The notes under the pieces were generated by a model. The model did no database searches. It worked only from the letters and a program-made list of their open reading frames with translations, and was not told the DNA's origin. A program made the translations under genes and the position numbers. Shown here one piece after another: positions 29,199 to 39,520 of a stretch of DNA of 64,000 nt (positions are counted from its first letter, which is position 1; every line of letters starts with the position of its first letter). This stretch comes from a bacterium. Lineage in GTDB: Bacteria; Zhuqueibacterota; Zhuqueibacteria; Residuimicrobiales; Krinioviventaceae. The DNA is taken from positions 6,176,001 through 6,240,000 of the forward strand of contig OY843751.1 of the NCBI GenBank assembly GCA_963693055.1, in the 5' to 3' direction.

Positions 29199-30986
29199 AT
29201 GCAATCCGTGGATTATAGTATCATTGCGCTGTATTTTCTCGTCGTTCTTGCTTTTGGTTTCTGGTATCAGAAAAAAGCATCTCAAAATCTTGAATCTTAT
29301 TTTCTTGGCGGTAAAAACATTCACTGGCTGCCCCTGGCCATGTCCGGTTCGGTTTCCACATTTGATATAACCGGCACCATGTGGATCGTTTCCATTCTGT
29401 TCGTATTGGGGATGAAGTCCATGTGGCACCACTGGATGTGGGGATTTTACATGGCTGCGTTTTTTATGGCTTATATGGGCAAATGGGTGCGGCGTTCTAA
29501 TGTCATGACTGCTGCTGAATGGATGAAAACCCGATTTGGTGATGATACCGGTGGCAGGCTGGCGCGGACCGCTTATGCGATCATGGCCATTCTTACCCTG
29601 TGTAGTTTTATCGGTTACGCGTACCAGGGAATCGGCAAGTTTGCGTCGGTTTATATCTCTCTGGCACCGATTGCGGGGCTCTTTAATGCGTCCATGCAAT
29701 CCTGGATTCTTGCCCACCAACCCGATATTCTTGCGGTTCTGGTGATGGGAATTACCACACTTTATGTGATCCTTGGCGGCCTCTATAGCGTGGTGGTAAC
29801 AGATGTCATCCAAACCCTAGTGCTTACCCTTGGCAGTATATTCATTGCTTTTATTGCCTGGTCCAAGTTGGACCCCCAACTGCTTTCCAATCTGCCATCA
29901 GACTGGACGTCTTTACATATCCCCTGGCGAATTCCGGAGCAGAGCGGAGCGGAATTTGAATTTTTCGGTGCGCTGGTGATCGTCTGGGTCATGAAAGGAT
30001 TGCTGCTCAATGCCGGCGGTCCCGCACAGATGTATGACTTTCAGCGATTTTTGGCGGCGCGTCATCCCCGCGATGCCGCAAAAGTGGGCGCTGCCTGGAG
30101 TTTTTTCCTCATCGTTCGCTGGGCCATGACCATTGGTATAGCTCTGCTGGCACTTGCTGGTGTTACCGGAGTGACTGATTCAGAAAAGGTTATGCCTATT
30201 GTGTTGATGCAATACCTGCCAACAGGTATACGCGGACTCGTTATTGCGGGTTTGCTGGCGGCGTTCATGTCCACATTTAGCTCTATTGTCAACAGCGGTG
30301 CTTCGTTTGTTGTTAAAGACATCTGGGAAGTTTATATCAAACCCGGAGAATCAGAAGAGCAGAGTATCCGCATTAGTCGAGTTGCGTCTTTGCTGATTGT
30401 AATTGTGGGCCTGATTATCGGATTCTTTGCAACATCCATTGCCCAGATCTGGAGCTGGATCATGATGGCGCTGGGCGCGGGTGTGGTGGTACCCAATGTG
30501 TTGCGCTGGTATTGGTGGCGTCTGAACGGTTGGGGATATTCGTGGGGCACATTCGGCGGGATCCTCTTGTCGCTTATTGCCCTGATTTATCCTTCAATCC
30601 CTGTGTATATTGTATTCCCGGCCATCGCGATAACCTCACTGATTTTGTGCATTGTTGTATCCTATAAAACCGCTCCGGTAGAAGATTCCATGCTGGTTCA
30701 GTTTTACGACTCTGTGCGTCCTTTTGGCGCATGGAAACCGGTTCGTGGAAAATCAGAATTGAGTGAAACCGAATTGAACAATTTCTCCGAAAGCGGCAAG
30801 CTGTCAATAATCAATGTGTTGATTGCCATGGCTGCTGTAAGCGGATTGTATTTATCACCCATGTTTCTGGTGGGGCACTGGTATGGAAAGGCAATACTGT
30901 GGTTTATGGTTGCTGTAGTGAGCGCAGTTGTTTTGAAATTTACCTGGTATGATCACCTGCCACCTGCAGAAAATGAAACAAAGTGA
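29199..30986 (+). CDS. Sodium:solute symporter (SSS) family transporter
   Basis: YFLGGK, FDITGTMW, EWMKTRFG, GGLYSVVVTD, QRFLAA, AAFMSTFSS. Confidence 0.9.
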   Translation: MQSVDYSIIALYFLVVLAFGFWYQKKASQNLESYFLGGKNIHWLPLAMSGSVSTFDITGTMWIVSILFVLGMKSMWHHWMWGFYMAAFFMAYMGKWVRRSNVMTAAEWMKTRFGDDTGGRLARTAYAIMAILTLCSFIGYAYQGIGKFASVYISLAPIAGLFNASMQSWILAHQPDILAVLVMGITTLYVILGGLYSVVVTDVIQTLVLTLGSIFIAFIAWSKLDPQLLSNLPSDWTSLHIPWRIPEQSGAEFEFFGALVIVWVMKGLLLNAGGPAQMYDFQRFLAARHPRDAAKVGAAWSFFLIVRWAMTIGIALLALAGVTGVTDSEKVMPIVLMQYLPTGIRGLVIAGLLAAFMSTFSSIVNSGASFVVKDIWEVYIKPGESEEQSIRISRVASLLIVIVGLIIGFFATSIAQIWSWIMMALGAGVVVPNVLRWYWWRLNGWGYSWGTFGGILLSLIALIYPSIPVYIVFPAIAITSLILCIVVSYKTAPVEDSMLVQFYDSVRPFGAWKPVRGKSELSETELNNFSESGKLSIINVLIAMAAVSGLYLSPMFLVGHWYGKAILWFMVAVVSAVVLKFTWYDHLPPAENETK

Positions 30987-31000
30987 CAATTAAAAATTTG

Positions 31001-31642
31001 AACCACAAAGTTCGCAAAGAGAGAAAATAAAAAGTGTAAATTATGCCTGTATATAAAATGAGATTTATAATATCGATAGTGTTACATGGTAGTATTTAAG
31101 AGATTCATAATAATTTCTTGTGTCCTTTGGTTTTATTTTTACAAGTAGTTTTGAGAGTAATTATTAACCAAAACGAAAAATTTAAGTAAAAAAGTTTATT
31201 TAGTTACTAATTAGGGGGGTAAGATGAATGCAGACATTTTAGTTGAAAACCAATTGTCAAACCGTGTTATAGGATTGGCAATTGAGATACATAGAAATTT
31301 AGGACCGGGATTATTAGAGTCAGCCTATGAGCAATGTTTTTGTCATGAGTTAAAAATGCATGGAATCCGATTTGAAAATCAGGTTGAAATTCCGCTTGTA
31401 TATAAAGGATTAAATTTAGATTGTGTATATAGGGCGGATCTAATTGTAGAAAAGAAACTGGTCTTGGAAATCAAGGCAGTTGCATCTATTGAACCTATTC
31501 ATGAAGCGCAACTCATTACTTATTTAAAGTTAACATATCTTAAATTAGGTTTGATATTGAATTTTAACGAACGTTATTTAAAGGATGGAGTAAAGCGAAT
31601 AATTATGTCTTGATTCTTTGTGCTCTTTGCGGCTTTGTGGTT
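31001..31642. repeat. Imperfect inverted repeats with ~9-nt internal periodicity enclosing the GxxExxY gene
   Basis: aaccacaaagttcgcaaagag (31001) versus ctttgtgctctttgcggctttgtggtt (31616-31642); partial copy at 31116-31132. Confidence 0.6.
31224..31613 (+). CDS. GxxExxY protein (PD-(D/E)XK nuclease-like)
   Basis: LGPGLLESAYE, RADLIVE, LEIKAV, HEAQLITYLK, GLILNF. Confidence 0.92.
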   Translation: MNADILVENQLSNRVIGLAIEIHRNLGPGLLESAYEQCFCHELKMHGIRFENQVEIPLVYKGLNLDCVYRADLIVEKKLVLEIKAVASIEPIHEAQLITYLKLTYLKLGLILNFNERYLKDGVKRIIMS

Positions 31643-31677
31643 ATATCTATTATAAAATGTTTAAAAAAGGAATTGTC

Positions 31678-34677
31678 ATGAAAAAGTCACTTTGGTTATT
31701 ACTGTCATTGTTTATCGTCCTGTCATCGTTGTCATGTTCTACGGCTCCTAAAGAACCGGTGGAATATGTCAACATGTTTGCCGGTACATCAAGCTGCCGC
31801 TGGATGCTTTTCCCTGGGGTTACCATGCCTTTTGGAATGGTCAAGCTCAGTCCCGATAATTATGATGCGCATGCGTTGGATACCGGCTATGAATATTCCA
31901 TTGAAAGTTACAGCGGATTCAGTTTTATTCATGCCTGGCATGTAAGCAGTTTTATCAATATGCCGGTGACCGGAGATGTAAAAACCGTCCCCGGCGCCGA
32001 AGATGATCCCGATTCCGGGTATCGTTCGCGCATCAGCCACAAGCGGGAATCTGCTTCGCCCGGCTATTTCAGTGTGGATTTGTTAGACTATGACATAAAA
32101 GCAGAGTTGACAGCCACAACCCGTGCCGGAATGCAGCGCTATACCTTTCCCCAGTCAGATAACGCGCATGTATTGTTTGATCTCAAAATACCGGATGAAA
32201 ACCAAACCGAGACCAAAAAAGCCTATGCAAAACGAGTGGGTAATACCGGTATTGAAGGTTACATTGAAAAAGAAAAAGGCTGGAACGAGTATATCATCTA
32301 TTTTGCAGCCGAATTTGATCATCCTTTTGATTCCATGAGTGGATGGGTTGATTCCAATGTTCAGGAGAATATCGACAATCTGGAGATTAAGGGAGACAAG
32401 GATGTAGGTGTTTATGTGAATTTCAAGACCACAGAAGGTCAGGAGGTATTACTAAGAACCGGTATCTCGTTTGTCAGCATTGAACAGGCGCGATTGAACC
32501 TTGAAACCGAGATGGGTGGTTTTGGCTGGGATTTTGACGCGTTACACATGAGCGCGAGAACTACCTGGAATGATTTGTTGAGTAAAATTAAAGTTGAAGG
32601 TGGTACGGAAACCGATTTTGAAAAGTTTTATACCAACCTGTACCGCTCATATTCCGCACGTACCATATTCAGTGATGTAAACGGCATGTTTACCGACATG
32701 TGTGAAGAACCAAAGCAGACTGAGGACAAAAGCTCGCCGGTTTACGGTTGCGATGCATTTTGGAACACCTTTTGGAATTTGAACCAACTCTGGTCAATGC
32801 TAACACCGGATGTTATGAATTCCTGGGTTAAATCTTTGCTCACTATCTATGATTGTGGCGGCTGGCTGCCCAAGGGACCGGGGGGGATCGAGTACTCCAG
32901 CATTATGGTGGCATCGCACGAGATCCCGTTGATTGTATCCGCGTATCAAAAAGGCATCCGTAATTTTGATGTGGAAAAAGCGTACAAAGCTATTCGGGAA
33001 ATTCAGACCATACCGGGACGTGCACACGAGTGTGGAGGCTTTGTGGGCAATCGTCATCTCTCACCGTATATGAGGATTGGGTATGTACCCGCCGATATAG
33101 GACAGGTTTCGAACACGCTTGAATACGCCTATGATGACTGGTGTTTTGCCCAGTTTGCAAAATCTATGAACCAGCAGGATGATTATCAGGCTTTTATGCA
33201 ACGCGCGCAATATTACAAGAATGTTTTTGATCCGACAACCACATATACCAGACCCAAGCATGAAGGCGGACCCTGGCAACGTGATTTTGAACCGGTTGTG
33301 AAAGCAAAAGGTAAAGAAGATAATTTTGGCAGCAAAGATTATGTTGAAGGCAACGGCTGGCAATATACCTGGTTTGCTCCTCAGGATGTACAGGGACTGG
33401 TGGACTTGCTGGGACAGGACGAGTTTAATGATCGTCTGAATGACGGATTTGAAAAAGCGCGTCCTAATTTTACCAGTCAGTATGTCAATCATAGTAATCA
33501 GCCGAACATGCAGGCCGCGTTCCTGTTCAATTATTCCGGCAAACCCTGGCTTACCCAGTACTGGGCGCGGGAGATTCTGGACTACTATTATGGTACCGGA
33601 CCGGTAAACGGGTACCCCGGTGATGAAGACCAGGGTCAGATGGGTTCATGGTATGTGATGGCAGCCTTGGGATTGTTTGAAATGGATGGAGGTTGTGCGG
33701 TGGATCCCTTTTATGAGATCAGTAGTCCGCTTTTTGAAAAAGCAACCATTACATTGGATACCGAGTATTATTCTGGCAAACAATTTGTAATACAGGCAGT
33801 GAACAATTCGAAAAAGAACCGCTACATCCAATCCGCTACATTGAACGGAAAGCCTTTGGATACATTCTGGTTTCCGCATTCCGAATTGGTCAAAGGTGGA
33901 GAGTTGGTATTGCAAATGGGGCCAAAGCCCAATGAAGCATGGGCGTCTGATCTTTCCAAACGCCCCCCAAAAGACAATGTGCCTGAATTGATTAGAACTC
34001 CGTATATGGCAAATGACTGCCGGTTATTTACAGACAAGGCCGAGGTTGAACTTGTTTGTGATACCAAGGGTACGGAAATCTATTACACGCTGAACGGAAC
34101 AACACCCACCCAGAAATCCCGGAAATACACGGGACAGTTTGATATTACCAAAGACACCACGCTGAAAATAAGAGCGTTCAAAGACGGACGCGCCAGTTTG
34201 ATCAATACAGCCGTTCTGACCAAAGCGGTTATGGTTGAAGCTGTGAATCCTGGCAAGGTGGAACCCGGTTTGGCATATACCTATTACGAAGGTACTTTTG
34301 CCACCATGAGTGATTTTGAAGGTACTGACCCGGTTGAAACCGGTGTAGCAGAACAGGTGGACCTGAGTATCCGCAAAAAAGACAGCTTTTTTGCTTATGA
34401 ATTCAAAGGATATATTAACATTCCCCAGGATGGCAGGTATACGTTTTTTCTGAATTCAAATGATGGTTCCAAGCTGTTTATTGATAACCGTACTGTTGTT
34501 AACAGTGATGGTTTGCACCCAACAATGGAGCTGTTTAATACCATACCTTTAAAAAAGGGAATGCATCCCATTCGTGTACAGTATTTTCAGAATGGCGGTG
34601 TTCTTGATCTCGATTTCAAGTGGGAAGGACCGGGATTCAAAAAACAATTTGTACCCAAATCGGTATTGGTGCACTAA
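31678..34677 (+). CDS. GH92 alpha-mannosidase lipoprotein with C-terminal chitobiase/FN3-associated and PA14 domains
   Basis: SLSC lipobox; FPGVTMPFGMVKLSPD; SNTLEYAYDDW; YVEGNGWQY; HSNQP; GDEDQGQMGSW; IYYTLNGT; FFLNSNDGSKL. Confidence 0.9.
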   Translation: MKKSLWLLLSLFIVLSSLSCSTAPKEPVEYVNMFAGTSSCRWMLFPGVTMPFGMVKLSPDNYDAHALDTGYEYSIESYSGFSFIHAWHVSSFINMPVTGDVKTVPGAEDDPDSGYRSRISHKRESASPGYFSVDLLDYDIKAELTATTRAGMQRYTFPQSDNAHVLFDLKIPDENQTETKKAYAKRVGNTGIEGYIEKEKGWNEYIIYFAAEFDHPFDSMSGWVDSNVQENIDNLEIKGDKDVGVYVNFKTTEGQEVLLRTGISFVSIEQARLNLETEMGGFGWDFDALHMSARTTWNDLLSKIKVEGGTETDFEKFYTNLYRSYSARTIFSDVNGMFTDMCEEPKQTEDKSSPVYGCDAFWNTFWNLNQLWSMLTPDVMNSWVKSLLTIYDCGGWLPKGPGGIEYSSIMVASHEIPLIVSAYQKGIRNFDVEKAYKAIREIQTIPGRAHECGGFVGNRHLSPYMRIGYVPADIGQVSNTLEYAYDDWCFAQFAKSMNQQDDYQAFMQRAQYYKNVFDPTTTYTRPKHEGGPWQRDFEPVVKAKGKEDNFGSKDYVEGNGWQYTWFAPQDVQGLVDLLGQDEFNDRLNDGFEKARPNFTSQYVNHSNQPNMQAAFLFNYSGKPWLTQYWAREILDYYYGTGPVNGYPGDEDQGQMGSWYVMAALGLFEMDGGCAVDPFYEISSPLFEKATITLDTEYYSGKQFVIQAVNNSKKNRYIQSATLNGKPLDTFWFPHSELVKGGELVLQMGPKPNEAWASDLSKRPPKDNVPELIRTPYMANDCRLFTDKAEVELVCDTKGTEIYYTLNGTTPTQKSRKYTGQFDITKDTTLKIRAFKDGRASLINTAVLTKAVMVEAVNPGKVEPGLAYTYYEGTFATMSDFEGTDPVETGVAEQVDLSIRKKDSFFAYEFKGYINIPQDGRYTFFLNSNDGSKLFIDNRTVVNSDGLHPTMELFNTIPLKKGMHPIRVQYFQNGGVLDLDFKWEGPGFKKQFVPKSVLVH

Positions 34678-34680
34678 AAG

Positions 34681-34730
34681 ATCAAGATCGTTGCAGTCCA
34701 ACTAAACAGGCGACTGCAACGATCTTTGAT
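34681..34730 (+). terminator. Hairpin after the GH92 gene
   Basis: aagatcgttgcagtc...gactgcaacgatctt stem. Confidence 0.6.
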
Positions 34731-34734
34731 TATT

Positions 34735-34810
34735 GGAGTACAGATGTTTCTGGATCAAGTCCGGCTGTTGGCGGATGTGTGCGGGGTGGGGATCCGCTTA
34801 ATAATGGATC
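34735..34810 (+). repeat. RAYT-associated REP (family B), upstream copy
   Basis: ggagtacag...tgtgtgcggggtggggatccgcttaataatggat, shared with 35536-35591. Confidence 0.7.
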
Positions 34811-34838
34811 AAGTTATTCGAATATAAAAGGGGGTTTT

Positions 34839-35389
34839 ATGGTTTACAAACAATATGAACATACTCCACCACACTTGTTTATTGATAATGCCCTATACTT
34901 TATAACAGGTTCAACTTGTTTGAAAAATCCTTTATTGATTGGTAACAAAGCAAAAGATATTTTTTATGAACAGCTTGTTAAGTATGTTAAAAATTTTGAT
35001 TATCGTTTGATGGAATGGGTAGTCCTAAACAATCATTATCATATTCTGATCAGAATTATTGATTTCTAAGTTCAAGTAAACTTGCAAGTTTTATAAATAC
35101 ATTTCATCAGGCAAGCGCTTTTCATATTCAAAAAGAATGTGGATTCATGGTAGAAAGGTTTTGGTATCAATATTGGGATACAATCATGAATTCTGAAAAA
35201 CAAATAGCATATACAACCAACTATATTTATTATAATCCGATTAAACATAAAATTGTTACAAATCTTAAAGATTATCAATATTCGAGTTTTTTATCACGAT
35301 TTGAAAGTGATGAGCATGGGGTACGGCAAAGATATAAAAAATTTAATCCAAAGAATTTATCTGAATATGATGAAATTGATTATTTCTAA
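34839..35389 (+). pseudogene. REP-associated tyrosine transposase (RAYT / TnpA-REP), frameshifted
   Basis: YFITGST; HUH motif WVVLNNHYHIL; frame change at about 35063-35066; then FWYQYWD, YIYYNPIKH, YQYSS. Confidence 0.85.
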
Positions 35390-35411
35390 GGTTTTATTAA
35401 ATTGAAACATC

Positions 35412-35454
35412 TCGGACCTTCGGTCCGACGCATCGCATAAACGCGATGCACTCC
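35412..35454 (-). repeat. RAYT-associated REP (family B), inverted copy
   Basis: Minus strand GGAGT-GCATCGC-GTTTAT-GCGATGC-GT-CGGACC-GAA-GGTCCG. Confidence 0.7.
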
Positions 35455-35535
35455 TTAAATATAATAGTTTTTTGTTGATGTTATCTGCGAGCCACGGAAT
35501 TAGAAAAATGCTAGGTACGCAAAAATCAATCTAAA

Positions 35536-35591
35536 GGAGTACAGACCGTTTATGGGCTGTGTGCGGGTCGGGGATCCGCTTAATAATGGAT
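35536..35591 (+). repeat. RAYT-associated REP (family B), downstream copy
   Basis: GGAGT-ACAGACC-GTTTAT-GGGCTGT-GT-GCGGGTC-GGG-GATCCGC. Confidence 0.7.
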
Positions 35592-35765
35592 TCATATATC
35601 CCGTTAAAATGAAAAATTTGTTGAACCAGAGATATGAGAGTTGCATACTCACAGGTATGCAATATTATTGTCCAAAAGAGTGTTCCGTAAATATTGTAAC
35701 GAGAAAAAGTATTTTGTTCCGAGTACGAGACGTCAAAATACACTAAAAAAAGCATTGGAGGGGAT

Positions 35766-38504
35766 ATGAAGAAAACAGGATGTATTGTAGTATTTTTGAT
35801 GTGTTTCTTTTGGGGCCCACTCTATGCTGAAATACTACACATCCCCGATGATTTTTCTACAATCCAGCAAGGCATTAACGCTTCTGTTAACGGAGACACG
35901 GTGCTGGTCGCCCCGGGGACCTATTACGAGAATATCAACTTTAACGGCAAATCGATTGTAGTGGCCTCGCATTATCTCGCCACCGGAGACACCTCCTACA
36001 TTGCGCAAACTGTGATTGACGGCAGCCAGAGCGGCACGGTTGTCACCATTGCCAGCGGTGAAGACAGCACAACGACGTTATGTGGATTTGTGGTTACAAA
36101 CGGGTATATTGAGGATTTAGAATATGCAACCAAAATCGCAAGTGGAATTATGTGCGAAAATCACTCCAGTGTCGTGTTATCTCATTTGATTGTTGAAAAA
36201 AACGATATTTTTGTGAGTAATATTAATAAGGTAGGCGGGATTGGCTGCTTTGACAACTCGAATTTGACCATGGACTATGTGGTTTTGCGGGAGAATGAGA
36301 AAGCAGGAATGTTTTGTCGTGACAGTTCTAAAGTTAAAATTTTTAATTCAAGTGTTTACAATAATAATGGTGGTGGGATATTTTGTGAAAACTGTGAAAT
36401 TATCATTAAAAATGTTAATATCAGAGATAATATATCAAAGACTAGTGGTGTAGGTATCATATTCTTGAAATCAAATGTTATAATTAAAAATTCGAAAATA
36501 TCAAGAAACAAGGGAGATCTTACTGGAAGATCTACTCTTAGTTTTGCTAGTGGGGCAGGTATCTATGCTGACAATTCTAAACTTGATATTGATAGTGTCC
36601 GTATAGAAAACAATTCAGGATTTGCAAGTGATTTGGGCAGTCATGGAAATGGTATGTATTGTTATAATTGTATGGTTAATTTTAAGAATTCATATGTTGC
36701 TAACAACACGTCTTTTTTTTCATCGAGCAATATGTATGGTGGGGGAATTGCTTTCAGAGAGTGTGCTCTAGTTCAATTGTATAATACAAAAATAGTAGAA
36801 AATTTGGCAAGAAGAGGTGGCGGGATTTATACAAAAAATTCAATCCTTGATCTGAATAAAGTATTGATACAGGCAAACCACACCATGAGCGAAGGAGGGG
36901 GTATATATAATGACAATTCTGATATAACAATCAAGAATTCGTCCATTAATCGAAATTTGAGTGAAAAATCTGGAGGTGGATTTTTTTGTACCAATGATAA
37001 TGCAAAAATAGAATTTAATAAAACAGAACTAAACAGTGTTTATTATAATCGGGCCTTTGAATCCGGAAACGATTTTGCCTGTGACAGTTTGATAACGATA
37101 AATGCTGTATTGGACACTTTTACAATTAACCGAATGGATACGGTTTTTGCGGATCCTGTTGATAATTTCAATATTACCTGTCAACAAGCCCTGATACAGC
37201 CTGTATCTGCTGATATTTATGTGTCTGAGCAGGGTGATGATGAAAATGATGGCCTATCAGAATTGACACCCTTGAGAACTCTCAACAAAGCTATGCTTAC
37301 AGTTCTGGCTGACAGCTTGAATCCGCATACGGTCCATGTTGGACCAGGGGTTTATTCTCCTTCAAATACCGGTGAAAGTTTTCCGGTCATCGGCAAAAGT
37401 CATGTTTCCATTTTAGGTGATGATCCATACTCTACAATTTTTGATGCAGAAAAACAGAATTGTGTGACAGTGTTAAATAATACAGATAATGTAATAATTA
37501 AAGATGTAACAATTACAAACGGGAAAAGTGGTACCAATGGGGGTGGAATTAATCTATTACAATCAAAGAATATTATTTTTGAAAATTTGCTTATATCAAA
37601 CAACTATGCCGATTTTTCAGGTGGAGGTGTTTATTGTTCTTCAAAACTATCTGAATCAGAAAACTTTAATTTTAAAAATGTACTCGTATATGATAATGGC
37701 TGTCGATTTGGAGGAGCCGGAATTTATATAACTGGTAAAGGAATTCTGGAAAATGTAACGGTCCATAATAACATATCTATTGATACAACGATTTATAATG
37801 ATCCGAATATAATTTATTCAGGGGGTGTGTGGTTGGTATGGAGTTTTGATTTAACTATTATGAATTCTATAGTCTATGATAATTCTCCCAAAAATATTAG
37901 TGGTATACCTATGGGATTCGATAATAGTATGATAATTTTGAATTCAAACATTCAAGCAAATCAAGATAGTGCTAGTACAAGTTATTGGAGTTTTATCAAC
38001 TGGCTCGACGGCAACATTGATGCAGAACCGATGTTTGTAGGCGGCGAACCTTTTGATTATCACTTGTCCGGGGATTCTCCCTGTATTGATGCCGGTACTG
38101 CGTTTTATGTGTGGGAGGGGGATACACTTGTTGATATAGATGAAAACGAATATTCGGGGCCTGCTCCGGATATGGGCGCGTACGAGTATGGTGTGCTGAA
38201 CCGGATTGAATCTGCATCGGCCCCGCTTCGGTTTGAGCTTGCGCAGAATTATCCCAATCCTTTTAATCCGGTAACGATGATATCGTATCAGTTACCGCAT
38301 CCGGATCACGTTCGGTTGACGGTGTATGACGTACTGGGCCGCGAGGTGAAAGCGCTGGTGGATACTGACCGGCCGGCGGGAACGCATGAAATCCAATGGG
38401 ATGGTCGGGACGCATCCGGAAAGACGGTTGCCGCAGGTGTCTATTTTTACCGAATTGAGACAGGAAAGTTTACCCGTGTTAAAAAGATGGTATTGCTGAG
38501 GTAA
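35766..38504 (+). CDS. Secreted right-handed beta-helix protein (GGGI repeats, DUF1565-like segment) with a C-terminal FlgD/T9SS-like sorting domain
   Basis: Signal peptide; GDTVLVAPGTYYENINF; repeated GGGI/N motifs; IYVSEQGDD...ESFPV; SPCIDAG; QNYPNPFNP...GVYFYRI...KKMVLLR. Confidence 0.85.
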   Translation: MKKTGCIVVFLMCFFWGPLYAEILHIPDDFSTIQQGINASVNGDTVLVAPGTYYENINFNGKSIVVASHYLATGDTSYIAQTVIDGSQSGTVVTIASGEDSTTTLCGFVVTNGYIEDLEYATKIASGIMCENHSSVVLSHLIVEKNDIFVSNINKVGGIGCFDNSNLTMDYVVLRENEKAGMFCRDSSKVKIFNSSVYNNNGGGIFCENCEIIIKNVNIRDNISKTSGVGIIFLKSNVIIKNSKISRNKGDLTGRSTLSFASGAGIYADNSKLDIDSVRIENNSGFASDLGSHGNGMYCYNCMVNFKNSYVANNTSFFSSSNMYGGGIAFRECALVQLYNTKIVENLARRGGGIYTKNSILDLNKVLIQANHTMSEGGGIYNDNSDITIKNSSINRNLSEKSGGGFFCTNDNAKIEFNKTELNSVYYNRAFESGNDFACDSLITINAVLDTFTINRMDTVFADPVDNFNITCQQALIQPVSADIYVSEQGDDENDGLSELTPLRTLNKAMLTVLADSLNPHTVHVGPGVYSPSNTGESFPVIGKSHVSILGDDPYSTIFDAEKQNCVTVLNNTDNVIIKDVTITNGKSGTNGGGINLLQSKNIIFENLLISNNYADFSGGGVYCSSKLSESENFNFKNVLVYDNGCRFGGAGIYITGKGILENVTVHNNISIDTTIYNDPNIIYSGGVWLVWSFDLTIMNSIVYDNSPKNISGIPMGFDNSMIILNSNIQANQDSASTSYWSFINWLDGNIDAEPMFVGGEPFDYHLSGDSPCIDAGTAFYVWEGDTLVDIDENEYSGPAPDMGAYEYGVLNRIESASAPLRFELAQNYPNPFNPVTMISYQLPHPDHVRLTVYDVLGREVKALVDTDRPAGTHEIQWDGRDASGKTVAAGVYFYRIETGKFTRVKKMVLLR

Positions 38505-38617
38505 ATTTTAACAAAAATAAAAGGTTCGCTCAAAGGCACAGAGACAATTGCTTTTTCATGATTAAAAAAATCCCGTGCTTTCTTACACGCATTTTCTAAT
38601 TGGCTGATCTGTTGAAT

Positions 38618-39520
38618 TTATTTCGCTTCCAGTTCGTACACCTTTTCCCGGATTCCTTCTAAAGATCCAATAATGATATAATAACTGTATTCGTAAACCG
38701 TATCCTTGTTTAATGCCGCTTTTTTCACGGGAGCAATGTAGGATGTTGACGCGTCATCCGTCTCTCCTCCGGGTTCTTTGTACATGCCTGCCAAAAATCG
38801 GGTGCATTTGGGATTATAGACACCCATACCCCACTGGTTTTCATCCACAAACGCCATCCAATGCTCGGGAACCGATTCATATCGTCCCCAGAATCCACTG
38901 GACAAAAAGATGACCTCTAAATTTTCCAAAGGCTCACCTGTAAAGGGCTGGTCCCCGGTATAGCTGTACAACTGACTCAATGCCGAAACCGGATACACCG
39001 CCGGCAGCTCCTGATTGTTCGAGATGCCCTCACCATATAACGTATCGGTCCGGAAACAGGTTAGCTTGTTATGGATTTGGAGCGTGTTCCCCATCAGCAC
39101 TGTCCACTGTTCCAGTTCGGCTTCAGCGGGTTTGTTGTTCATGTCCCATAGCATGGGAATGCATTTCACGTACAGCGTGTCACTGGATTTACGGTAATCG
39201 AGTATTTCTGCGCGGTTCTTGAACGCGTCACCCGCCTGGATCGGATTCCAGCTCCAGGGGGACCAGTCGGGACTTTGCCCCTCCGCGGTCCGGTCCAGCG
39301 ATTTTCCCGCGTAATACGATTGCTGAATGTATCTGCCTTCGTCATGTGTGTTTACCAGGTTGCGGTCACTACCGGACACAGATACCCAGTTGATGGTACC
39401 GCCTCGGGTCAGGTCCACTTTGACGGTCAATGTTCCATTGTCTATAAAGAGCTCATTGGGTGCAGCAAGTAATACAGCAATATTTGAAAACATATAAAAT
39501 AGAGTTATCCATATTTTCAT
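38618..39520 (-). CDS. Secreted hypothetical protein (possible beta-supersandwich fold)
   Basis: Signal peptide; VKVDLTRGGTI, GRYIQQSYY, WNPIQAGD; RBS gagg. Confidence 0.7.
   Translation of the reverse strand: MKIWITLFYMFSNIAVLLAAPNELFIDNGTLTVKVDLTRGGTINWVSVSGSDRNLVNTHDEGRYIQQSYYAGKSLDRTAEGQSPDWSPWSWNPIQAGDAFKNRAEILDYRKSSDTLYVKCIPMLWDMNNKPAEAELEQWTVLMGNTLQIHNKLTCFRTDTLYGEGISNNQELPAVYPVSALSQLYSYTGDQPFTGEPLENLEVIFLSSGFWGRYESVPEHWMAFVDENQWGMGVYNPKCTRFLAGMYKEPGGETDDASTSYIAPVKKAALNKDTVYEYSYYIIIGSLEGIREKVYELEAK

Noticed and set aside
34620-34838. N-terminal extension of the RAYT ORF
   Set aside because: Reads through the GH92 end, terminator and REP; the ATG at 34839 has a proper RBS
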